This document shows, piece by piece, positions 52,759-64,000 of a DNA stretch of 64,000 nucleotides; within the stretch, counting starts at the first letter, position 1, and every line of letters begins with the position of its first letter. The translations under genes and the position numbers were made by a program. The stretch covers positions 1,152,001 through 1,216,000 of the forward strand of contig CAVZYA010000002.1 in the NCBI GenBank assembly GCA_963779415.1. The letters are read 5' to 3'. The stretch comes from an uncultured Acidobacteriota bacterium. Lineage in GTDB: Bacteria > Acidobacteriota > Thermoanaerobaculia > UBA5066. The notes beneath the pieces were generated by a model that made no database searches, had not been told where the DNA came from, and was given only the letters and a program-made list of their open reading frames with translations.

Positions 52759-54513
52759 CTACGACACCGTGGGTGCTGCCGGATGGCACCCGGCCGCCTC
52801 CGGCCGGGTCTCGCCCGACAGCGCCGACGCCTCCAGCACCAGGCTCCGTTGGCGAAACAGCTCGTCCAGCTGCTGTCGGACCGCCGCCTCTCCCTCCTGA
52901 CGGCGGCGGTGGCCCGCATCGACCGCCCCCAGGACGTCCTGCCGCATGCCGTCCAGTCGAACCCGCATTCCCGTCTCGAGCTGCCGGGTCAGTGCGTCTA
53001 TCCAGTCGATGAGGTGCTTGTCGATCTCGTGAAGATTGGTTCGCAGCCACTCCCGGGCGAGCGCCTCGGAACGGTCGGACGCCCTCCGGACGACGGCCCG
53101 CCTCGGGGAAAAAGTATCGAGAATCGGGATCACCCACGCCTCGACATCGAGGGCCTGCACCGGCTCGACGAACTCGAAGATCATCGCCTGCGGATCGATC
53201 GTCAGGACCTCGGGCTCGAAGCGCGCCACGGGGATGTCGAACGCCTTCGCCGCCGCCTCCGCGGTCCGGTCGATCAGGCGGTTGGTCTCGGCGCTCACAC
53301 GCTCGATCTGCTCGGCGCGGTGCCGGTCGAACTCCTCGGTGGCCCGCTTGGCCGAGTCGTCGACGAGCTTCCTGACCTCCCCGTAGGCGATCTCGCGGGC
53401 CATGCCGCGGATGCGCCCGGCACCGGCTCGGCGGCTCCGCCCGGCGGCGCGCTCGACCTCCCGGCCGATCCCGCGGACGACTTCACCCAGGAGTTCGGTC
53501 CCCCGGGCTTCCCACGCCTCCCAATCGAACCCGAAATCGGACTTGACGCGGGTGCACGCCGCGAGGACCAGGTCGTCGATGTCCCGCATGGCTTCGCGGA
53601 AGCCGTCGATCCGGCGGCCGATCTCCTCGAGCGGGGCCACGAGGACGGCGCGCTCGAGGTCGAGCTGCTGCAGCAGGTGGGCTGCGATGTGGCGTATCGC
53701 GCGCCTCGCCGATGCCTGGGCCAGCTCGGCGCCGGAGCGGGTCGCGAGCGCGGACAGCTCGAGGAGGACCGCGGAGACGCCGGGGTCCGCCCCGTCGCGA
53801 AGCGCCGCACGCGCGGAAGCGTGGATCAGGACGCCGGGGTCGTGGCCGAGCGCGCCCTGCAGGACCTGCCGCGTGAACGCCTCGGCCTTCAACCGCGTCG
53901 CCTCGCGCACCCGGTCGGACTTGTTGAGGACGATGCAGAGCCGCCCGACGTCGGGCGCCACGGCCTTTACCAGCCCGAGCTCCTCGCCCGAGATCGGCGG
54001 GTCCGAGCCCAGCACGACGACCGCGACGTCGATGCGGGGCAGGAACGAGCGGGTCACCTCGGAGTTGCTCGTAAAGACGCTTCCGACGCCGGGTGTGTCG
54101 ACGAGCCGGATGCCGGTGGCAAGGAGCGCAGCGGGAAGCTCGATCCGGACGACCCGGACACCCTTCCGGTTGCCCGGGTTCTCCTCCTCGGAGACGAAGA
54201 GGCGGACCTGGTCGACCCCGATCTCCTCCTCGCGACCGTCCTCGAACCGGACGCTCGCGCGCTCGGCCGGACCGTGCTCGACGAGCGTGATCGCGGTGGT
54301 GATGGGCGCCACGTCGGTGGGCAGGAGCTCCCGGCCGAGCAGGGCGTTGATCAGGGTGCTTTTGCCGCGCTTGAACTGACCCATCACCGCGACGTTGAAC
54401 CGACGAAGGGCCAGGGCCTCGCGGATCTCACGTGCCTCGGCGAGAATCCCTTCCTGCTTCCGCTTGCCGGCGACGAGCTCGAGATTCCGTAAGGCCTGTT
54501 GTTCCGCCTGCAT
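52759..54513 (-). CDS. Bacterial dynamin-like GTPase (paralog A)
   Basis: G1 GQFKRGKST, G2 PITT, G3 DTPG, G4 NKSD; helical C-terminal stalk. Confidence 0.9.
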   Translation of the reverse strand: MQAEQQALRNLELVAGKRKQEGILAEAREIREALALRRFNVAVMGQFKRGKSTLINALLGRELLPTDVAPITTAITLVEHGPAERASVRFEDGREEEIGVDQVRLFVSEEENPGNRKGVRVVRIELPAALLATGIRLVDTPGVGSVFTSNSEVTRSFLPRIDVAVVVLGSDPPISGEELGLVKAVAPDVGRLCIVLNKSDRVREATRLKAEAFTRQVLQGALGHDPGVLIHASARAALRDGADPGVSAVLLELSALATRSGAELAQASARRAIRHIAAHLLQQLDLERAVLVAPLEEIGRRIDGFREAMRDIDDLVLAACTRVKSDFGFDWEAWEARGTELLGEVVRGIGREVERAAGRSRRAGAGRIRGMAREIAYGEVRKLVDDSAKRATEEFDRHRAEQIERVSAETNRLIDRTAEAAAKAFDIPVARFEPEVLTIDPQAMIFEFVEPVQALDVEAWVIPILDTFSPRRAVVRRASDRSEALAREWLRTNLHEIDKHLIDWIDALTRQLETGMRVRLDGMRQDVLGAVDAGHRRRQEGEAAVRQQLDELFRQRSLVLEASALSGETRPEAAGCHPAAPTVS

Positions 54514-54565
54514 GCCGCTCCCCGCGGCCGAGCCCGGCCCGGGCCGCCTGACACCGCCTTACTGT

Positions 54566-54615
54566 GTAGGGGTCATCAGCGGTCGAACGCCGCGATTATG
54601 GCGGACTCCATCGCC
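54566..54615 (-). ncRNA. Fluoride (crcB-motif) riboswitch
   Basis: Minus strand GGCGATGGAGTCCGCCATAATCGCGGCGTTCGACCGCTGATGACCCCTAC: stem GGCG/CGCC, stem GCGG/CCGC, GCTGATG, pseudoknot GGAGTC/GACCCC. Confidence 0.88.
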
Positions 54616-54621
54616 GGCGGA

Positions 54622-54630
54622 AGCCTAGCA
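54622..54630 (-). promoter_or_regulatory. Extended -10 promoter feeding the riboswitch
   Basis: TGCTAGGCT on the minus strand, 6 nt before the first G of the aptamer. Confidence 0.55.
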
Positions 54631-54701
54631 GCCCGTGAGAAAAGTCGGAAGGGTCGCAAGGGCTCCTGGAATCGGCGTGAGATCTGGACTATGAAGAGGG
54701 G

Positions 54702-55847
54702 ATGAGACGGCGGATTCGCGCGCTCCTCCGGCACCCGGTCGTCCGGATGCTTCTCTTCGAGCGCTTTCTGATCACCGGCTCCGCCACCCTGGCGTTCTCC
54801 GCGCTCGCGATGGGGCGCGTCCGGCCCGGGGAGGTCGGGGCCCTCATGGACTGGCGGATCCTGACGCTCTTTTTCGTCCTGACCGTCGCGGTCGAGCTGG
54901 GGAAGGCCTCCGATCTGTTCGACCGGCTGGTCGTCTTCGTCATTCGGCGCGTCCGTTCGGTGCGAGGGCTGGCCTTCGCCATGGCCGGCGTCACCGGCGG
55001 GCTCTCCGCGATCCTGACGAATGACGTGACGCTCTTCCTCGTCGTGCCGTTCACGATGTCGTTCGGCAGCGTGGACGGGGTCGAACTGCACAAGCTCGTC
55101 GTCATCGAGGTGCTCGCGGCGAACCTCCTCGGCGCCGTCACGCCGATCGGAAACCCGCAGAATCTCTTCCTCTACGCGCGGGGCGGCTTTTCGCCCGCGT
55201 CCTTTCTGGAGACGCAGCTCCCGCTCGTCGGAGCGTCGGCCGTCCTTCTCGCGGCGGCCATTCTTCTCTTCATCCCGCGCCAGGAGATCACGCCGCCGGC
55301 CACCGCGTCGTTCGACGTCGACCCGGTGCTGGCCGGCGGCTTCTTCCTTCTTCTCGCCGCCGAGGTCGGCAGTCTTCTCGGGCCGCTGCCGCATCTCGTT
55401 CCGCTCGCCCTGGCTCTCCCGTCCGCGCTCCTCCTCGGGCGGCGGCTCAAGGAGGCGGACTTCTCGATCGTCATGGTCTTCGCGCTTCTCTTCATCGGCA
55501 TTCCCGGCCTGGAACGGGGCCGGCTCTACCACCACATCGATCCCGGGGTCCTCTTCGGGCACCACGCCGTCGGACTCCTCCTCTCCGGCGCCCTGCTTTC
55601 GCAGCTCGTGTCCAACGTTCCGGCCGCCCTGCTCCTGGCGCCGGCCGTCATGGGGCCGCAGGGGTTCCACGGCCTTCTCTACGGGGTCACGGCCGGGGCG
55701 TGCGGAAGCCCCATCGGCTCGATCGCGAACCTGATCGGGGCTCAGATCTACGTGGCCGAGGGAGGAAATCCCCGAACGTTCTGGCGATTCTTCTGCGGAA
55801 TCTCAGCCGTCATCCTGATTGCGCTCGTCGTCTTCGCGGCTCTCCTG

Positions 55848-55868
<21 letters not shown>
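54702..55868 (+). CDS. SLC13/ArsB-NhaD (YbiR-like) anion permease
   Basis: LSAILTND, TPIGNPQNL, SQLVSNVPA, GSIANLI motifs; many TM helices. Confidence 0.88.
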
Positions 55869-57961
<2,093 letters not shown>

Positions 57962-57965
57962 TCAC

Positions 57966-60041
57966 TCATGGCGCTCTCGGCGCGGCCTTCATTTCGCCGG
58001 CCTGCGGAGGGGCGTTTCGCTCGAACGGCTCGAGCGCCTGAAGGTCCGCCCGGAGCTTCGCCCGAGCCGCCTGATCCTGGGACGACTCGCCGCCTCGCGC
58101 CTCGCGCGCGAACGGCTCCGTGGCTCCGTGGTAGGCGCCCGCCAGGTGCTCTACGGCGTGGTCGGCCCAGTCCCTCAGCCGGTAGCCGTAGACGCGAAGA
58201 GCCTCGCGGAGCGGAACTCGGTGCGAGCCCTGAAGGCGATTGAGGAGGCGCTGCGCCGCCCACCCGGGTACGACCCCAAGGAGGAGCGGACGGCCGAGCC
58301 TCCGCTCCGGGAGCGGACCCGAAAGGTCCGCGGCGGGGAGCCCGGTGAAGTCCGGCGTGGCACGGCTCGCCGCGAAGACTTCCGAGGCCGCCGGGGCCAC
58401 GGCTGCGGCGGAAGTGGAGAGCCCGCGGTGCAGGCCCCGGAGCGCCTCGACGATGCCGCCGCGGACCGCGCCGGTCAGCAAGTCGGCGGCGAGGCCGACG
58501 AGGGCGCGCGCCTCGAGCGGCCCCGTCTCCCCCTCGTTCCAGCGCCGGACACCGTCCGAGACGGCCGCGATCAGGATCTCTCTCCAGCGCTCCTGGAGCC
58601 CGTCGGCCGCCTGCACGACCGTCCGGTGCGTCTCGGCAACGAGAGCATCCGCGCGGCGCCTCTCCTCGGAGGCGGAGCCGCTCCGGGCACTCGCGCCGTC
58701 GCCGGCGCGCACGCGGAGCGCCGCCGTCACCCCTTCGAGGAGCCGGCCCGCCATCCGGCGGATCGACTCCTCCACCAGCTCCTTCCGGCGCGCGAAGAGC
58801 GGGGCGAGCTTCGTCTCGAACCATTTCTTCACCAGTGGGCGCCCTTCGTCGATCGCGCTGACCAGGCTCACCGAGACGGAGGCCCCGAGCTCTCGCGCCA
58901 GTCCTTCCTCGACGTACCGCTTCACCTTCGATTGCGCTTCCTCGTGCACGAGGTCGGCCTTGCTGATCAGGATTTCCACGGGAATGGCGGCATCCCGGAA
59001 GAGATGGAGCAGTCCCCTCTCGTCCGGCCCGGGGGCCGAGCCGACGTCGAGAAGAAGAAGCGCGAGATCGGTTCGCGGCAGGTAGGCGAAAGCCTCCTCC
59101 GCTCCCGCAGTGGCGAGCGAGCCGATCCCGGGGGTATCGACCAGCTCGACGCCCTCGGGGAGGCCGGGCGCCGGAAAGACGACCTCGAGCCGCGCGACGC
59201 GCTTCACGTTTCCGGGGTTCTCCTCCTCCGAGGCGAGTTCCACGAGACGCGCAAGCGGAAGCGTCTCGCTCCGGCCGTCGGCGTAGCGGACCCGGGCCTC
59301 CGGCGGCGTGCCGACGTGGACACGGGCCGGCACCGCCGTCACCGGCGTCACGCCGACCGGGAGGATCGGCGCCCCGAGCAGGGCGTTGAGGAGCGACGAC
59401 TTTCCCGAGCCGACGCGCCCGAAGACCGCGACGTGGAAGCTCTGCTCCTCCATCCGCTCGAGGAGCGAGCGGAACAGCCGCCGGAACTCCACGAGAGAGT
59501 CCTCGCGGATGACGCGCTCGAGGAGGGAGAGCAGCGCGGGCTCGACGGCGGTCCGGCCGAGTCGTGCGAGGCGGTCTCCGAACTCCTCCTCGGGGCCCCC
59601 GCTCAGAAAGCGCGAAAGATCGCGGAGCGTCCGGTCGATCTCGTCACACGTCCGGTCGACCTCCGCGGCGAGCCGCGGGTCGAGCGCCCCGTAGCCGCGA
59701 AGTCGCCGAGGCCTCACGTCGTCGACCCCGATCGACGCCATTGCCGCCCGGACCGCGATGGCGTGGCGGGCGTCGAGCGGCGATCCGGCGGGATCGAGCC
59801 CGTGCCGCCCGGCGGCGGCGAGGAGCGCCCGGCGCGCTCGCTCGATGTAGTCATTGATCAGACCCGCCTGGGCCGGCGAGATGTCGCCGACGAGCGGGTT
59901 GAAGGGCGACGGATGCCGGACCGCGACGAGGATCCCCTCGATGTCGTCCAGAAGGCCGGCGATGTGCCGTACCGCCGCCGACAGGCTCCGCCGCTGGGAT
60001 TCGTTGAGCCGGGGTTCCGGGCCCTCCGCGGGCGCCGACAT
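57966..60041 (-). CDS. Bacterial dynamin-like GTPase (paralog B, N-terminal helical extension)
   Basis: G1 GRVGSGKSS, G2 PVTA, G3 DTPG, G4 SKAD; shares SEEENPGN with paralog A. Confidence 0.9.
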   Translation of the reverse strand: MSAPAEGPEPRLNESQRRSLSAAVRHIAGLLDDIEGILVAVRHPSPFNPLVGDISPAQAGLINDYIERARRALLAAAGRHGLDPAGSPLDARHAIAVRAAMASIGVDDVRPRRLRGYGALDPRLAAEVDRTCDEIDRTLRDLSRFLSGGPEEEFGDRLARLGRTAVEPALLSLLERVIREDSLVEFRRLFRSLLERMEEQSFHVAVFGRVGSGKSSLLNALLGAPILPVGVTPVTAVPARVHVGTPPEARVRYADGRSETLPLARLVELASEEENPGNVKRVARLEVVFPAPGLPEGVELVDTPGIGSLATAGAEEAFAYLPRTDLALLLLDVGSAPGPDERGLLHLFRDAAIPVEILISKADLVHEEAQSKVKRYVEEGLARELGASVSVSLVSAIDEGRPLVKKWFETKLAPLFARRKELVEESIRRMAGRLLEGVTAALRVRAGDGASARSGSASEERRRADALVAETHRTVVQAADGLQERWREILIAAVSDGVRRWNEGETGPLEARALVGLAADLLTGAVRGGIVEALRGLHRGLSTSAAAVAPAASEVFAASRATPDFTGLPAADLSGPLPERRLGRPLLLGVVPGWAAQRLLNRLQGSHRVPLREALRVYGYRLRDWADHAVEHLAGAYHGATEPFAREARGGESSQDQAARAKLRADLQALEPFERNAPPQAGEMKAAPRAP

Positions 60042-60058
60042 CGCGCCTACTCCGCCCG

Positions 60059-60121
60059 CTACTTCACGACGATGACGGCGCGGCGAACGCTACGGCTATC
60101 GAAGGATTCCGAAACCGGCAC
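60059..60121 (-). CDS. Candidate 20-aa leader ORF between riboswitch and dynamin B
   Basis: AAGGAG, 8 nt, GTG; reads VPVSESFDSRSVRRAVIVVK*. Confidence 0.4.
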   Translation of the reverse strand: MPVSESFDSRSVRRAVIVVK

Positions 60122-60141
60122 GGGAGAGACTCCTTTCGTCG

Positions 60142-60186
60142 GTAGGAGTCATCAGCCCGAAGGCGGTTCCGGCGAACTCCATCGCC
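60142..60186 (-). ncRNA. Fluoride (crcB-motif) riboswitch
   Basis: Minus strand GGCGATGGAGTTCGCCGGAACCGCCTTCGGGCTGATGACTCCTAC: stem GGCGA/TCGCC, GCC-TTCG-GGC hairpin, pseudoknot GGAGTT/GACTCC. Confidence 0.93.
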
Positions 60187-60199
60187 TCTCTTCGGGACG

Positions 60200-60205
60200 A
60201 TTATA
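60200..60205 (-). promoter_or_regulatory. -10 box feeding the riboswitch
   Basis: Perfect TATAAT on the minus strand, 13 nt before the aptamer. Confidence 0.6.
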
Positions 60206-60234
60206 GGGGGTCCGAGTCTGTTAACGTCGCGCCC

Positions 60235-60618
60235 GTGCGGCCCGCTCTCGTCGTCCTCGTCTTCGTCGGCGGCGGCATCGGATCAATCTGCCGCTACGCG
60301 CTGGCGACGAGCCTCCAACGGAGCTTCGCCGGACCGTTTCCGGTCGGCACGTTTGTCGTAAACCTCGCCGGCTGCTTCGCGATCGGCCTCGTCGGGGCGC
60401 TCGGCCTCGAGCGCGCGGCGATCTCCCCCGAGGCGCGTGTCTTCCTGATGGTGGGGATCCTCGGCGGCTTCACCACCTTTTCGTCGTTCACATGGGAAAC
60501 ACTCGGGCTTCTCACCGTGCGCGACATCCTTCGCGCCACGCTCTACGTCATGGGCTCGGTCTTCCTCGGACTCTTCGGCGCGTGGCTCGGGCGGCTCCTC
60601 GGGAGGGTCGGAACATGA
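60235..60618 (+). CDS. crcB: Fluoride channel Fluc/CrcB
   Basis: GGGIGSICRY, FPVGTFVVN, GILGGFTTFSSF motifs. Confidence 0.96.
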   Translation: MRPALVVLVFVGGGIGSICRYALATSLQRSFAGPFPVGTFVVNLAGCFAIGLVGALGLERAAISPEARVFLMVGILGGFTTFSSFTWETLGLLTVRDILRATLYVMGSVFLGLFGAWLGRLLGRVGT

Positions 60619-60968
60619 AGGATCTCGCGATGGCCAAGCTGCTCCGGATTCACTTCGGAGAGGGGGATCGGGTCCGCCATCAGCCGCTCTATGAAGCGCT
60701 CGTGGCCGAAGCGCGAGCCACGGGCCTCGCCGGGGCCACGGTCCTTCGGGGCATCGAGTCGTACGGGGCGTCGAGCGTCGTCCACCGATCGCGTATCGTC
60801 GAGCTGTCGGAGGACCTTCCGATCGTCGTCGAGATCGTGGATGCCGAGGAGAAGGTCCGGGCCTTTCTCGAGCGCGTCGACCCCCTCCTCGAAGAGGCCG
60901 GGTGCGGCATCCTGATGACAATGGAAAAGGTCGAGATCGTCCGTTACGCGGCGAAGAAGAAGAGCTGA
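60615..60968 (+). CDS. DUF190 (PII-like) protein
   Basis: LLRIHFGEGD, GLAGATVLRGIESYG, LSEDLPIVVEIVD motifs; the usual crcB neighbour. Confidence 0.92.
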   Translation: MKDLAMAKLLRIHFGEGDRVRHQPLYEALVAEARATGLAGATVLRGIESYGASSVVHRSRIVELSEDLPIVVEIVDAEEKVRAFLERVDPLLEEAGCGILMTMEKVEIVRYAAKKKS

Positions 60969-60977
60969 GCCGGCGCT

Positions 60978-62105
60978 TCAGCGCGCGGCCTTCTCCACCT
61001 TCCGGATCCGGTTGTTCTGCGCGTCGAGGATGTAGAGATTCCCGTCGCGGTCGAAGCCGAGCCCCGCCGGACCGTTCAGCCGGGCTTTCGTGGCCGGCCC
61101 GCCGTCCCCGTCGAAGCCCGCCATCTCCATCTCGCCATAGCGGTTTACTCGGCCGCTCCCGACGCGCGTCTCGATGATGCCCGTCTTCGCGTCCACGCGC
61201 CGGATGACATTGTTTCCCCAGTCGACGAACCAGATGTCGTCCCCGCGATCGAGGGCGACGGCCGTGGGGTTGTTGAGCCGCGCGGCGAGAGCCGGCCCGT
61301 CGTCTCCCGTGAGGCCGAAGCGCATCGTCCCCGCGATGCGTGTCAGTTCGTCCGTCACGGGGTTCACCTTCATCAGGACGTGATCGTCGGTCGCGGAGAA
61401 GATGACGTCGCCCTTCCCGTCGATCCGGACGGCGGTGGGAAGAGCCAGCCCCGTGTCGGTCCCTTTCCTCGTGTCGATCCGGAGCGAGACCGTACCGTTG
61501 CCGACGATCGTCCGGACGATTCCGGTCTTCGCGTCGACCTCGAGAAGCCGGTCCGCATACGGATCCATGACGAAGAAGTTCCCGGCGGCGTCGAAGGCGA
61601 TGCCGAGGGGACGGCCCACCGGCGTGGCCTTCGCCGTCGAGCCGTCGGCCGTGAACGAGACGAACCCGGTCCCCATGAAGGTGTCGATGACGCCGCTCTT
61701 CGCGTCGATGCGCCGGACTCGGTTGTTTCCGAGGTCCGAGACGTAGAGATTCCCCGCCGCGTCGAACGCGAGGTCGCCCGGCTCCCGGAGCTTCGCCGAC
61801 TTGGCGGGGCCGCCGTCCCCCGAGAAGCCCTCTTCCCCGGTTCCGGCCACGGTGAAGATCCGCCCGCTCTTCCGGTCGATCCGACGGACCCGGTTCGTTC
61901 CGGATTCCGAGAAGACGAGGTTCCCGTCCCGGTCGAAGACGACGCCCGCGGGCGTCCGTCTCAGCATCGAGAGGGGCGACTCGGTGGCGAGGACGCCGTC
62001 GGGCCCCGCGCCCTGCTCTCCGTTGCCGGCGAACGTCGTGATCGTCTGGGCGCCGGCGGCCGCGGCGGAGAGGAGCAGGGAGGCGACGGGGAGGAGGCTT
62101 CTCAT
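60978..62105 (-). CDS. Secreted NHL-repeat protein
   Basis: Repeated TVAGTG..GFSGDGGPA..A.L..P..LAFD..GNLY units; signal peptide. Confidence 0.9.
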   Translation of the reverse strand: MRSLLPVASLLLSAAAAGAQTITTFAGNGEQGAGPDGVLATESPLSMLRRTPAGVVFDRDGNLVFSESGTNRVRRIDRKSGRIFTVAGTGEEGFSGDGGPAKSAKLREPGDLAFDAAGNLYVSDLGNNRVRRIDAKSGVIDTFMGTGFVSFTADGSTAKATPVGRPLGIAFDAAGNFFVMDPYADRLLEVDAKTGIVRTIVGNGTVSLRIDTRKGTDTGLALPTAVRIDGKGDVIFSATDDHVLMKVNPVTDELTRIAGTMRFGLTGDDGPALAARLNNPTAVALDRGDDIWFVDWGNNVIRRVDAKTGIIETRVGSGRVNRYGEMEMAGFDGDGGPATKARLNGPAGLGFDRDGNLYILDAQNNRIRKVEKAAR

Positions 62106-62154
62106 CTCCGCCGATTCTGTCAGAGGTCCCCGTCGGGCACGGTAGCATCGCGCC

Positions 62155-63186
62155 ATGGGGACGCCCGGGTCCGTTCTCCGCCGCGAGATCGCGGAACAGC
62201 CGGATGCCGTGGCGCGCCTCCTTTCCCGCGAAGGAGCGCGGGTCGCGCGCCTCGCGGCGCCGATCCGCCGCTCCGGCGTCCGCTTCGTCCTCGTCGCCGC
62301 GCGCGGGACCTCCGACAACGCGGCCCGCTACTCGCAATACCTCTTCGGCATCCTGGACGGCCTTCCGGTCGCGCTCGCGGCCCCCTCGCTCACGACTCTT
62401 TACGGGCGCCCTCCGGATCCGCGGGGCGGCCTCGTCATCGGGATCTCGCAGTCGGGGCGCTCGCCCGACATCGTGGAGACCATCGCCGCCGCGCGGCGGA
62501 GAGGGGCGCCGACCCTCGCGATCGTCAACGACCCGGAGAGCCCGCTCGCCCGCGCCGCCTCCGAGGTGATCCCGCTTCACGCCGGCGAGGAGCGGAGCGT
62601 CGCGGCGACGAAAAGCTACACGACGCAGCTCGCGGCGGTGGCGCTCCTCGCCCTGTCGCTCGCGGGGAAGCGAGCGCTTCTGAAGAAGCTCGCCGCCGTT
62701 CCCGAGGCGATGGCCGTTGCCCTCGCGACCGATCCGGCCGTCCGCCGGATGGCGCGGTGCCTCGCCACGGCGTCGCGTGCGGTCGTCCTCGCCCGTGGAA
62801 TCAACTACCCGACCGCATGGGAGATCGCTCTGAAGCTGAAGGAGCTGGCGCTGATCCTCGCCGAGCCCTATTCGTCGGCCGATTTCCAGCACGGACCGAT
62901 CGCGCTCGCCGAGCCGGATCTCCCGGCCATCCTCGTCTCGGCGCCCGGGGGCCGCCCCGAGCGGGAGCTGCTCGCTCTCGCCCGGAAGCTGCGGGAGCGC
63001 GGGAGCCCGCTTTTTCCGATCGGCCTCCCTCTCCCCGGGGCGATTCCGCTCCCCCAGACGCCGGAGCTTCTCTCGCCCCTCGTCGCCGTCCTCCCCGGAC
63101 AGCTCCTCGCGTTCCACGCGGCGCGCGCGCGGGGTCTCGATCCGGACGCTCCGCGCGGCCTGAAGAAGGTCACCGAGACGCTCTGA
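62155..63186 (+). CDS. SIS-domain sugar isomerase (GlmS C-terminal-like)
   Basis: EIAEQP, RGTSDNA, SQSGRSPD, ATKSY, LKLKE, HGP, LKKVTET motifs. Confidence 0.9.
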   Translation: MGTPGSVLRREIAEQPDAVARLLSREGARVARLAAPIRRSGVRFVLVAARGTSDNAARYSQYLFGILDGLPVALAAPSLTTLYGRPPDPRGGLVIGISQSGRSPDIVETIAAARRRGAPTLAIVNDPESPLARAASEVIPLHAGEERSVAATKSYTTQLAAVALLALSLAGKRALLKKLAAVPEAMAVALATDPAVRRMARCLATASRAVVLARGINYPTAWEIALKLKELALILAEPYSSADFQHGPIALAEPDLPAILVSAPGGRPERELLALARKLRERGSPLFPIGLPLPGAIPLPQTPELLSPLVAVLPGQLLAFHAARARGLDPDAPRGLKKVTETL

Positions 63187-63236
63187 CGCTCCGGTCCGTG
63201 GAGGCCCTTCGCGAGGCGTGATGATAGGGTCGCGGC

Positions 63237-64000
63237 GTGAGCTACTCGCGCCTCACCGGCCTCTCCTGCACGAAGTGCTCCGCGCACTACGACGCCGCCC
63301 GCCTCCTCAACGTCTGCACGGCGCCGGCCTGCGGCGGGGCGCTCGTCGCGGATTACGACCTCGGGACTCTCTCGAAGGACGACACGGCCGGCCGCGACCG
63401 GACGATCTGGCGCTGGCACGAGCTGATGCCGGCCCGGAGCGCGGCGGAGATCGTCACCCTCGGCGAGGGCGGAACGCCCCTCCTCCGGGCCGAACGCCTC
63501 GGGGCGCGGCTCGGGATGGCGGACCTCTGGATCAAGGAAGAGGGAGGCAATCCGACCGGGTCGTTCAAGGCCCGCGGGCTCGCGGCGGCGGTGACGATGG
63601 CGAAGGCGCTCGGCGCCACGGCCCTCGCCCTCCCGACGGCGGGGAACGCGGGGGGCGCGGCGGCGGCCTACGCGGCGAAGGCGGGGCTCTCCTGCCACGT
63701 CTTCATGCCGAGAGACACGCCGAAGCTCTTCCGGATCGAGTGCGAGGCGTACGGGGCGGCGGTCACCCTCGTCGACGGCCTCATCGACGACTGCGGCCGG
63801 ATCGTCGCCGCACGCAAGGACGCCGAAGGGTGGTTCGACGTCTCGACGCTCAAGGAGCCGTATCGCGTCGAGGGGAAGAAGACGATGGGGTACGAGCTGG
63901 CCGAGCAGATGGGCTGGACTCTCCCCGACGTCGTCGTCTATCCGACGGGGGGCGGCACCGGCCTCATCGGGATGTGGAAGGCGTTCGACGAGATGGAGAC
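63237..64000 (+). CDS. thrC: Threonine synthase, 3'-truncated by window edge
   Basis: CTKC..C, TLGEGGTP, NPTGSFKARG, TAGNAG, EGKKTMGYE, PTGGGTG motifs. Confidence 0.88.
   Translation, partial: MSYSRLTGLSCTKCSAHYDAARLLNVCTAPACGGALVADYDLGTLSKDDTAGRDRTIWRWHELMPARSAAEIVTLGEGGTPLLRAERLGARLGMADLWIKEEGGNPTGSFKARGLAAAVTMAKALGATALALPTAGNAGGAAAAYAAKAGLSCHVFMPRDTPKLFRIECEAYGAAVTLVDGLIDDCGRIVAARKDAEGWFDVSTLKEPYRVEGKKTMGYELAEQMGWTLPDVVVYPTGGGTGLIGMWKAFDEME

Noticed and set aside
60142-60618. Riboswitch controlling crcB in cis
   Set aside because: The aptamer is on the minus strand and crcB is on the plus strand.
60978-62105. CRISPR-like or DNA-level repeat array
   Set aside because: The periodicity comes from protein NHL repeats. 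No repeat-spacer array or cas genes occur anywhere in the window.

Overview
GC-rich bacterial window, by gene content probably an acidobacterium (Thermoanaerobaculia-like; inference). Several otherwise intact genes carry single-base frameshifts, probably long-read errors. From left to right: (i) the decayed end of a likely tRNA-integrated island, with a low-GC secreted protein, a tyrosine-recombinase remnant, a toxin-antitoxin pair and a tRNA-Ala/tmRNA-like 3' fragment; (ii) a kinase, an M13 peptidase, a sulfatase and a porin; (iii) a glycogen/oxidative pentose phosphate cluster; (iv) a second sulfatase, a giant acyl-CoA synthetase-GNAT fusion, an RRM protein and a second kinase; (v) a fused 2-oxoacid:ferredoxin oxidoreductase followed by a 9-heme cytochrome c/cytochrome b/peptidase/two-component operon; (vi) a ~10 kb fluoride locus. 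The main finding is in (vi). Two fluoride riboswitches (54566-54615 and 60142-60186, both minus strand) each lead into a bacterial dynamin-like GTPase gene rather than a transporter. A membrane transporter (an SLC13/YbiR-like permease, and Fluc/CrcB with DUF190) is transcribed divergently from each riboswitch. Enolase, a metallophosphoesterase, glutathione peroxidase and a CHAT protease lie downstream of the dynamins. This suggests a fluoride-induced membrane-remodelling system. No CRISPR array, rRNA or intact tRNA was seen.
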